A stretch of DNA of 64,000 bases from the IMG/VR virus record IMGVR_UViG_3300027833_000011. One strand, written 5' to 3'. The position numbers and the translations under genes are program-made. This document shows positions 1-7,932 of the stretch, piece after piece. Within the stretch, counting starts at the first letter, position 1, and every line of letters starts with the position of its first letter. The notes under the pieces were generated by a model. That model was not told the DNA's origin, did no database searches, and saw only the letters and a list, made by a program, of their open reading frames with translations. The stretch comes from a virus (taxonomy: Duplodnaviria; Caudoviricetes).

Positions 1-342
1 ATTAGCCAATCGGTTGAAAAAGTTGATGGAGTATTTTCTAAGTTAGATGACTTAGAACAAAAAATGGGTGAATTGGATAAATTGTATAGTGCAATTGGTG
101 ACTTAGGTGATAAAATTGAGAAATCAACACCAAAAACACCTGAACAAAAATTAGAATTACGTTCATTAGATTCTTATCCTTACAATCAGAAATTAACAGA
201 TTTCTTTGATGATAAGGAAGTTGAAATGGATGTGACAGGTAAGGATGATTATGTATTAACATCTGATGATGTTAAAAATATGTCAGAAAAAGATGTTAAG
301 GATTCATTCGTAGCACCTGATGAGGTTGAGGAAAACGACTAA
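1..342 (+). CDS. Hypothetical phage protein, 5'-truncated
   Basis: Frame 1 is open from base 1 (ISQSVEKVDG...) through the tracked ORF 64..342; no recognisable family. Confidence 0.8.
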   Translation: MSQSVEKVDGVFSKLDDLEQKMGELDKLYSAIGDLGDKIEKSTPKTPEQKLELRSLDSYPYNQKLTDFFDDKEVEMDVTGKDDYVLTSDDVKNMSEKDVKDSFVAPDEVEEND

Positions 343-363
343 GAAAAAAACAATCTAAATATT

Positions 364-393
364 AAAAGGGGTACGAAAGTACCCCTTTTTTTT
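364..393 (+). terminator. Rho-independent terminator
   Basis: AAAAGGGGTAC-GAAA-GTACCCCTTTT perfect stem with GNRA loop, followed by a T run, right after a stop codon. Confidence 0.9.
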
Positions 394-414
394 ATTCTTT
401 ATATATTTATTAAT

Positions 415-1299
415 ATGGATATTAGCGAAACAATTAAAGAGGATTTGGCCGTTTGGTTCGGGACTAAGAAAAAACCGAAAGGAAGTAAACAACCAAAAGG
501 ACCATGGGTTAATATTTGTAAAAAGAAAAAGGGAGGTGGACATCCACCTTGCGGTCGTTCAGATGATGACGGTGATGGGAAAAAAGATGGTGCTTATCCT
601 AAATGTAGAGCAGTCCATGTCGCATCCAAAATGTCAGATGATGCCAAAAAAAAGGCGTGTGGACAAAAAAGAAGGGCTGAAAAGAAAAAACCTAAAACGG
701 GTAAGGGTAATAAACCTACAATGGTATCCAACAAAAACTTAAAAGAAAATATGTCAAAGACAGTTAAAATCACAGAAAGAGAACTATACACTATAGTTGA
801 AAATGTTATAAAAGAACAAAAAGAAAAATTATCAAAGTTTGATTCGGTATCGGATATTGCTGAATGGTCTAAAATAGTCTCACAATTTTCAGGTGACGAT
901 TTTAGGTTTGTAGAATATAAAAGATTTAGAGCTGCGACTGATAGTGATGGTGAGTATTTAGCTCATTGGGACCATAAATTAGGGATGGGGTTCTTTGATG
1001 AAATGGATTTAATCCCTGAAGATAGTTTAGAAGGGTTAGGTATTGTTAAAGACGATAAAGAGTATGAGTTTTTTGGCGATTTAAATGAGACCGACTTACT
1101 TGAAGGTAAGAAAAAAAGTAAAAGTAAAAAATCTAAAAACACTTTATGTGCGAGAGGTAAGTCAGCGGCTAAAGATAAGTTTGACGTTTACCCATCAGCA
1201 TATGCTAACGGATATGCGGTACAGGTCTGTAAAGGTACTATAAAAGGTTTAGACGGTAAAAAAAGGTGTTCAGGTAAATATTGTAAGGGTAAAAAGTAA
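415..1299 (+). CDS. Lys-rich modular protein, DUF5872-like ends (putative head/DNA-associated)
   Basis: N-terminal PWVNIC...CGR...YPKCR and C-terminal KFDVYPSAYANG motifs recalled from conserved large-phage proteins; very basic termini. Confidence 0.55.
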   Translation: MDISETIKEDLAVWFGTKKKPKGSKQPKGPWVNICKKKKGGGHPPCGRSDDDGDGKKDGAYPKCRAVHVASKMSDDAKKKACGQKRRAEKKKPKTGKGNKPTMVSNKNLKENMSKTVKITERELYTIVENVIKEQKEKLSKFDSVSDIAEWSKIVSQFSGDDFRFVEYKRFRAATDSDGEYLAHWDHKLGMGFFDEMDLIPEDSLEGLGIVKDDKEYEFFGDLNETDLLEGKKKSKSKKSKNTLCARGKSAAKDKFDVYPSAYANGYAVQVCKGTIKGLDGKKRCSGKYCKGKK

Positions 1300-1366
1300 T
1301 AAACTATTGTTGGTTTATTTTTAATATTGAAAGGGTTATATTTATTAATATAATCCTTTTTTTTTT

Positions 1367-1912
1367 ATGTCATTTTATTATAAATTCGGTACTGTTGAAA
1401 CTACAACCCCTTGGGATAGACCTACATTGGAGGTGTTTAATGAGTGGTGGGAAGAATTCAAAACATTTAAAGGTGTTTCTGATTATGATTTCTATATGTC
1501 AGGTAGTTTCATGGGTTTAAGTGATACTAATAGTACATGGGACGTAGATGTCATAGTAACAGGTCCGATTAAAAATTTTATCGTTTTGAGTGATATTTTA
1601 AAACACGGTAGGTCATTAGGGTTTCAGAAAAAAATCTTTATAGACCTTTTCTATTACGACTCAATAGAGTTTTGTTACGGTGAAATTGATGAGAAAAATA
1701 TTAAGTACTACCTTAAGGGTTTTTTATTGGGCGAAGAGATTAAGATTGTTGATGGTGAGACTGAGGTTAATAAAAAACTACATAGTACCTTAACGCCTGG
1801 TAAAGATTTTGGGTCTGATGTAGGGTTTGTTTATACCAAACAACCCACTAAAAAACAAATACAAAACAAAGAAAGGTACCACCCAACAAACCGAGCAAAA
1901 AAACTAAATTAA
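1367..1912 (+). CDS. Minimal nucleotidyltransferase (Pol-beta superfamily)-like protein
   Basis: YMSGSF...TWDVDVIV matches the hG[GS]...DxDh signature; a later acidic residue occurs in IFIDLF. Confidence 0.6.
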   Translation: MSFYYKFGTVETTTPWDRPTLEVFNEWWEEFKTFKGVSDYDFYMSGSFMGLSDTNSTWDVDVIVTGPIKNFIVLSDILKHGRSLGFQKKIFIDLFYYDSIEFCYGEIDEKNIKYYLKGFLLGEEIKIVDGETEVNKKLHSTLTPGKDFGSDVGFVYTKQPTKKQIQNKERYHPTNRAKKLN

Positions 1913-1935
1913 ACTTCTCTACGCTCAACATATTA

Positions 1936-1966
1936 GTTGACTTATTAATAATAATGTGTATCTTTA
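1936..1966 (+). promoter_or_regulatory. Bacteroidota-type promoter variant upstream of SSB
   Basis: GTTG-N19-TATCTTTA versus the Bacteroidota consensus TTTG-N19-21-TAnnTTTG. Confidence 0.55.
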
Positions 1967-2040
1967 CATTGGGTTAGATAACCAAACACGAGAACGGGTT
2001 ATAACCGAACAATAATTTATTAATAACAAAAAAAGTAAAC

Positions 2041-2922
2041 ATGTCAAACATTTTAGACGCGGTTCTACAACAGTACGAATCAAACAAAATCGAGCCAAAA
2101 TCAAACTCGAACAGAATGTCTCAAGACGAGAGACTTAAAAAGTATTTCACCACTATCTTACAGAAAGGTGAAAGAGAAGGTCAAAAAAGAGTACGTATCC
2201 TACCTACTGCAGATGGTACGTCACCATTCAAAGAAGTATGGTTCCACGAATGTCAAGTTGGTGGTAGATGGATGAAAATCTATGACCCAGGAAAGAACGA
2301 AGGTAAACGTTCACCATTAAATGAAGTTAACGAAGCACTTATGATGACGGGTTCTGAGCAAGACAAAGTCTTGGCAAGACAATACAAGTCACGTAAATTC
2401 TATATCGTTAAAGTAATTGACCAAGACAAACCAGAAGATGGTGTTAAGTTTTGGAGATTCAAACACAACTACAAAGGTGATGGTATCTTAGACAAAATCA
2501 TTCCAATTTGGAAAAACAAAGGAGACGTAACTGACCCAGCGGTTGGTAGAGATTTAATCCTTTCACTTTCATTAGTAAAAGCTCCAAACGGAAAAGAATA
2601 CACTAACGTTGCGTCAATCATGTATGATGACCCAACACCTATTTCTACAGACGCGGCACAACAATCAGAGTGGACCGATAACGTTATGACGTGGGAAGAT
2701 GTATACGCTAAGAAACCTGAAGAATATTTAGAGGCTATCGCTCAAGGTCACGAACCAAGATGGAGTTCAGATGCTGGTAAGTACGTATATGGAGACGGTG
2801 AGAACATCGTAGAAATTTCAGGAGGTACGTCTACAACAACAAAGGTTGAGACTACACCAACACAGGTAAAAATAGAAGATACTCAAGCAAACGCTAAGGT
2901 AGACGAAGACTTACCGTTCTAA
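2041..2922 (+). CDS. Single-stranded DNA-binding protein (T4 gp32-like)
   Basis: RILP..DG.SPF, VKVIDQD..EDGVKFWRF and GRDL motifs; acidic DEDLPF C-terminus; precedes the recombinase. Confidence 0.8.
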   Translation: MSNILDAVLQQYESNKIEPKSNSNRMSQDERLKKYFTTILQKGEREGQKRVRILPTADGTSPFKEVWFHECQVGGRWMKIYDPGKNEGKRSPLNEVNEALMMTGSEQDKVLARQYKSRKFYIVKVIDQDKPEDGVKFWRFKHNYKGDGILDKIIPIWKNKGDVTDPAVGRDLILSLSLVKAPNGKEYTNVASIMYDDPTPISTDAAQQSEWTDNVMTWEDVYAKKPEEYLEAIAQGHEPRWSSDAGKYVYGDGENIVEISGGTSTTTKVETTPTQVKIEDTQANAKVDEDLPF

Positions 2923-2938
2923 TAACACACAACTAATG

Positions 2939-2972
2939 ATGGTACCGACATTCGTGTCGGTACCATTTATTT
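2939..2972 (+). terminator. 12-bp hairpin with UUCG loop between SSB and RecA (terminator/attenuator)
   Basis: ATGGTACCGACA-TTCG-TGTCGGTACCAT perfect stem followed by TTATTT. Confidence 0.75.
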
Positions 2973-2984
2973 ACACAAAACAAT

Positions 2985-3983
2985 ATGGCATTAAAGAAAA
3001 AAGATTTTAGTAGTATTAAGTCAAAATTCTCAAAACAAGCTAAGTTTAAGGCTGATAAGTTTTTTGATTTAGGGCCGGCTTTTTTAGATGCTACAGGATT
3101 ACCAGGACCTGCTATGGGACACATCAATATGATGTTAGGACATTCAGATACAGGTAAGACGACGGCATTAGTAAAGTCAGCAGTAGACGCTCAGAAGAAG
3201 GGTATATTACCTGTGTTTGTGATTACTGAACAGAAATGGGATTTTCCACACGCAAAGTTGATGGGATTAGAAGTTGATGAGGTAGTAGATGAAGAAACAG
3301 GGGAAATTGAATACGATGGATTTTTCTTATTCAACAACCACTTTGAGTATATTGAGCAAATAACAGATTATATTAATGAACTGATTGACGCTCAATTAAA
3401 AGGTGATTTACCATACGACCTATTATTCCTTTGGGATTCTGTAGGTTCTGTACCATGTAAGATGACTTATGATGGTAAGGGTGGTAAACAACACAACGCA
3501 TCTGTATTATCGGATAAGATTGGTATGGGACTTAATCAAAGAATCTCAGGTTCGAGAAGAGTTGATAGAGAATATACAAATACCTTATTGGTTGTTAACC
3601 AACCATGGGTAGAATTACCTGATAATCCATTTGGACAACCAAAGATTAAGGCTAAGGGAGGGGAATCGTTATGGTTAAACTCAACATTAGTATTCTTATT
3701 TGGTAATCAAAAAGGTGCTGGAACAACTAAAATTTCAGCAGTTAAAGACAAAAGAAAGGTAAGATTCGCGACAAGAACTAGAATCTCTATTATGAAAAAC
3801 CACGTAAATGGTATGGGGTATGAAGATGGTAGAATTTTAGTAACCGCTCACGGTTTCTTATCAGGTAAAGACTCAACGGAAGAGAAAAAATCTTTAGAGC
3901 AATACAAAGCAGATAACGCTCCTTATTGGAAGACGATGTTGGGTATTGAAGGAGAATTTGGTCTTTCGGTGGACGGAGAGTAG
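2985..3983 (+). CDS. uvsX: RecA/UvsX-like recombinase
   Basis: Walker A GHSDTGKT, Walker B-like LFLWDS, VVNQ and KGG motifs. Confidence 0.9.
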   Translation: MALKKKDFSSIKSKFSKQAKFKADKFFDLGPAFLDATGLPGPAMGHINMMLGHSDTGKTTALVKSAVDAQKKGILPVFVITEQKWDFPHAKLMGLEVDEVVDEETGEIEYDGFFLFNNHFEYIEQITDYINELIDAQLKGDLPYDLLFLWDSVGSVPCKMTYDGKGGKQHNASVLSDKIGMGLNQRISGSRRVDREYTNTLLVVNQPWVELPDNPFGQPKIKAKGGESLWLNSTLVFLFGNQKGAGTTKISAVKDKRKVRFATRTRISIMKNHVNGMGYEDGRILVTAHGFLSGKDSTEEKKSLEQYKADNAPYWKTMLGIEGEFGLSVDGE

Positions 3984-4027
3984 AGAGAGTAAAAAGTATA
4001 TATGGTTTAACCTTTCAAGGTATATAA

Positions 4028-5068
4028 ATGAAAAACACGTTAGTAGTTGACGGAGACAACTTATTTAGAATAGGATTTTACGGAGTAAAGAACTTTTACA
4101 CTAAAGGAAAGCATGTTGGAGCTATATACCATTTCTTAAACACGATTAAGAGACATATTCAGGCCCATAATTATAACAAGATAGTAGTATTTTGGGATGG
4201 GTCTGAAAACTCTTCGTTTAGGAAAAAACTATTCTTACATTACAAAGATAATCGTAAGAGTAGAAACTTATCAGAAGAACAACAAGAGTCTTATAACTTC
4301 CAAAGACAGAGAGTAAAACAATATTTAGAAGAATTATTTGTACGACAATCAGAATTTATTGTTTGTGAGGCAGATGATAATATTGCGTTTTACTGTCAAA
4401 ATTCAGAAAACGAAACAAAGGTTATTTTCTCATCAGATAAAGACCTTACACAACTTATTAGTGACGATGTTAAAGTTTTTTCACCTACAAATTCCTATAT
4501 GTATGAGTTAGGTGATAAGATTGAATTAAACAAAGTTGATATACCAACATATAACGTTGCCCTTACAAAGATTTTTGTTGGAGATAAGAGTGATAATATT
4601 GATGGTATTCAGATGTTAGGTGAGAAGACGTTCGTCAAACTTTTCCCAAAGGTATTAGACGAAGAGGTTAGTGTCGAGTACATCATTGAACAGGCGGAAC
4701 GTATATTTTCTGACGATAAGAATAATAGGTTAATTAATAACATTCTTACCGGTAAAACCAAGAGAGGTGTGTTTGGTGAAGAATTTATAAATATTAACAA
4801 ACAAATCGTTGATTTAAGCGTACCTTTGTTGACCGACGAAGCAAAAAATGATATACTTGAATTAGTAAACGAACCATTAGACCCGACAGGTAGGGGATGG
4901 CAGAACTTAATTAAAATGATGCACGAAGACGGGTTATTTCAGTTCTTACCTAAACGTGACGATGGTTGGACAGAGTTTTTCACGCCACTCTTAAAATTGG
5001 CGAGAACAGAGAAAGAAACATTTAGTAAAACAAACAAAAGAAGAAGACATGAAAGAAAAAAACGATAA
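4028..5068 (+). CDS. 5'-3' exonuclease / flap endonuclease (T4 RNase H, Pol I N-terminal family)
   Basis: LVVDGDN, WDG, YKDNR, EADD, SSDKDL, GDKSDNIDG and GEKT motifs. Confidence 0.9.
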   Translation: MKNTLVVDGDNLFRIGFYGVKNFYTKGKHVGAIYHFLNTIKRHIQAHNYNKIVVFWDGSENSSFRKKLFLHYKDNRKSRNLSEEQQESYNFQRQRVKQYLEELFVRQSEFIVCEADDNIAFYCQNSENETKVIFSSDKDLTQLISDDVKVFSPTNSYMYELGDKIELNKVDIPTYNVALTKIFVGDKSDNIDGIQMLGEKTFVKLFPKVLDEEVSVEYIIEQAERIFSDDKNNRLINNILTGKTKRGVFGEEFININKQIVDLSVPLLTDEAKNDILELVNEPLDPTGRGWQNLIKMMHEDGLFQFLPKRDDGWTEFFTPLLKLARTEKETFSKTNKRRRHERKKR

Positions 5069-5498
5069 CTCAACAAAATTTGAGTTTCTATTAAAATTGA
5101 ATGACAATATTGTATGTCAAAGATATTTTAATGTCAAAGGATTCAATTCTAAAACGTTAAAATCGTTAGAACTTCACTACGAAGTTGCCGATGTAGTCAA
5201 TGAATTAAAAGAAACATTGAAGTACAAAACTAGTGATTATATGGCGGAAAACTATCACTTATTTTTAGATGGTGGTGACTTAGAAAAAGGTAATACTCAG
5301 AGCGATTATTTCACTATTTCGATACGTAAGGACGATAGAGATGTGATTACTCGTTACTTTGAAGGTTCAATCTACCCACCTAAAGTTAGGTACACTGTAG
5401 ATATCAGACCAGTACTAAGAAGAATCTTAAAAAATTTCACCGACACATTGTCAGGAAAAAACGCAACAACAAACTATCTAACTTACAAACTTCAGTAG
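5049..5498 (+). CDS. Conserved hypothetical protein in the replication operon
   Basis: Clean ORF overlapping the exonuclease stop; no family recognised. Confidence 0.75.
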   Translation: MKEKNDNSTKFEFLLKLNDNIVCQRYFNVKGFNSKTLKSLELHYEVADVVNELKETLKYKTSDYMAENYHLFLDGGDLEKGNTQSDYFTISIRKDDRDVITRYFEGSIYPPKVRYTVDIRPVLRRILKNFTDTLSGKNATTNYLTYKLQ

Positions 5499-5533
5499 TA
5501 TTTATTTTAGGGTAGTTAATTAAACGAGCATAC

Positions 5534-6928
5534 ATGAAGGATAAAAATTTTGGATATTTAGGACATAGTTTTCAAGTCTCTCTACTAAATAATTTAGTGG
5601 AAGATAAGAGATTTGCGACGACTATCATTGATGTGATAGACCCTAAGTATTTTGACAATCAGTATTTTAAATTGATTGGTCAAATGGTGAAAGAGTACCA
5701 CAGAAAATATGAAACTTCACCTTCATATGACGCACTCGAGCAAATTGCGAGATTAGAGGTAACACAAGAAATGGCACAAAGAAATGTCATGGATATGATA
5801 CGTCAAATCAAAGAGCACGAATCTAAAGACCCATTGTTTATCCAAGAAAAGGCTACTAAGTTTTGTAAACAACAAGAGTTAGGTAAAGCAATGGCTAAAG
5901 TTAAAGAGATAATGGACAAAGGAGACTTTGAAAATTATGAAAGAGCTGAAGCATATATTCGTGAAGCATTACAGGTGGGTGAAAAAGATTTGGGAACCCA
6001 AGACGTATTCGACCACTTAAGTACTGTTTTAGATGATGATTATAGACATCCGATACCTATGGGTATTGACGGGTTAGATAATCTCTTAAATGGTGGTTTA
6101 GCGAAGGGAGAACTTGGAGTGATATTAGCGCCGACAGGTGTTGGTAAAACAACCATACTTAGTAAAATTGCGAACTCCGCGTATAATTTAGGGTATAACG
6201 TACTTCAAATATTCTTTGAAGATAATCCTAAGATTATACAAAGAAAACATTTCACTATGTGGACAGGTATTGCTCCTCAAGAATTGTCAGACAATCGAGA
6301 TGATGTTATGACAAAAGTAAATGAGATTAAAGCCAATAGTAAAGGTAAGTTAATATTAAAAAAGTTACCATCTGATTCTCTTACATTGGGACAGATTAAG
6401 AATCAGGTTAGAAAAATAATCGCAGAGGGGACTAAAATCGATTTGATTGTATTGGATTATATCGATTGTATTGCGGCTGAGAAGAGTTTCAGTGGTGACG
6501 AATGGAAAAGTGAAGGAAATATTATGAGACAATTTGAGGCTATGTGTTACGAATTTGATGTTGCTGCTTGGACTGCAACACAAGGTAATCGTTCTTCGAT
6601 TTCATCTGAGGTCGTTACGACTGACCAAATGGGTGGGTCGATTAAAAAGGCACAGGTTGGACACGTAATTATTTCTGTAGCAAAAACACTTCAACAAAAA
6701 GAATTAGGACTAGCGACAATCGCTATTACTAAGAGTCGTTTAGGACAAGACGGTGTTGTATTTGAAAATTGTAAGTTTGATAATAAATTATTAGATATCA
6801 GTACTGAACAAACAAATACGTTCTTAGGGTTTGAAGAAAACAAAGAAGAAAAAAGAAGGGACCGTGTGTTACAAGCACTACAAAGAAGGAACCAAACTTT
6901 AGGGAAATCAAACAAAACAAATAATTAA
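5534..6928 (+). CDS. dnaB: Replicative helicase (DnaB / T4 gp41-like)
   Basis: Walker A APTGVGKT, LDYID, WTATQ.NR and KSR motifs. Confidence 0.92.
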   Translation: MKDKNFGYLGHSFQVSLLNNLVEDKRFATTIIDVIDPKYFDNQYFKLIGQMVKEYHRKYETSPSYDALEQIARLEVTQEMAQRNVMDMIRQIKEHESKDPLFIQEKATKFCKQQELGKAMAKVKEIMDKGDFENYERAEAYIREALQVGEKDLGTQDVFDHLSTVLDDDYRHPIPMGIDGLDNLLNGGLAKGELGVILAPTGVGKTTILSKIANSAYNLGYNVLQIFFEDNPKIIQRKHFTMWTGIAPQELSDNRDDVMTKVNEIKANSKGKLILKKLPSDSLTLGQIKNQVRKIIAEGTKIDLIVLDYIDCIAAEKSFSGDEWKSEGNIMRQFEAMCYEFDVAAWTATQGNRSSISSEVVTTDQMGGSIKKAQVGHVIISVAKTLQQKELGLATIAITKSRLGQDGVVFENCKFDNKLLDISTEQTNTFLGFEENKEEKRRDRVLQALQRRNQTLGKSNKTNN

Positions 6929-6937
6929 AACATTATT

Positions 6938-7918
6938 ATGAAACAAGTAGAACCTATTTTACAGGAGAATAAGGACCGTTTTGTCCTTTTTCCAATCAAA
7001 CACCATGACATTTGGGATTGGTACAAAAAATCTGAGGCGTCCTTTTGGACTGCTGAGGAGATAGATTTATCCGCTGATTTTGGTCATTGGGAGAATCTAA
7101 ACGAAGGTGAGAAACACTTCGTTAAAAACGTATTGGCGTTCTTTGCAGCGTCAGACGGGATAGTTAATGAAAACTTAGCGGAGAATTTTGTTAGTGAAGT
7201 ACAGTATACTGAAGCTAAATTCTTTTACGGTTTTCAAATTATGATGGAGAACATTCATTCAGAGACATATTCTTTGTTGATTGATTCTTACATTAAAGAT
7301 AAGGAAGAACAGAATAAGTTATTCAACGCAATTGAGACAGTACCAGCGGTTAAGAAGAAGGCTGAATGGGCATTAAAATGGATAGATTCTGATTCATTTG
7401 CTGAAAGATTAGTAGCTTTTGCTGCCGTTGAGGGGATTTTCTTTTCAGGGTCATTTGCGTCTATCTTTTGGTTAAAGAAAAGAGGGTTAATGCCAGGATT
7501 AAGTTTTTCTAACGAACTTATCTCAAGGGATGAGGCGTTACACTGTGATTTCGCAGTACACTTACACAACAATCACTTAAACAATAAAGTATCACAAGAG
7601 AGAATCAAAGAAATTATTCTTTCTGCTTTAGAGATTGAGAAGGAGTTTATTACAGAATCATTACCAGTGTCATTAATTGGTATGAACTCAGATTTAATGA
7701 AACAATATTTGGAATATGTTACTGATAGATTATTATCGTCATTAGAATGTCCAAAAGAGTTTGGTTCATCAAATCCGTTTGATTTTATGCAGAATATCGC
7801 ATTACAAAATAAAACAAACTTTTTCGAGAAAAGAGTATCGGAATATTCTAAGAGTGGTGTAGGAGATAAAAAAGAAGATGAAGTTGACCCATTTGGTGGA
7901 ATGGATATCGATTTTTAA
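6938..7918 (+). CDS. nrdB: Ribonucleotide reductase class Ia, beta subunit
   Basis: [31 protein letters not shown] and NFFEKRV motifs. Confidence 0.97.
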   Translation: MKQVEPILQENKDRFVLFPIKHHDIWDWYKKSEASFWTAEEIDLSADFGHWENLNEGEKHFVKNVLAFFAASDGIVNENLAENFVSEVQYTEAKFFYGFQIMMENIHSETYSLLIDSYIKDKEEQNKLFNAIETVPAVKKKAEWALKWIDSDSFAERLVAFAAVEGIFFSGSFASIFWLKKRGLMPGLSFSNELISRDEALHCDFAVHLHNNHLNNKVSQERIKEIILSALEIEKEFITESLPVSLIGMNSDLMKQYLEYVTDRLLSSLECPKEFGSSNPFDFMQNIALQNKTNFFEKRVSEYSKSGVGDKKEDEVDPFGGMDIDF

Positions 7919-7932
7919 AAAAAGAAAATAAG

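Noticed and set aside
1357-1366. Poly-T run before the NTase ATG as a phase-variation or frameshift site
   Set aside because: It is outside any coding region and no phase-dependent frame is apparent; no evidence without reads.
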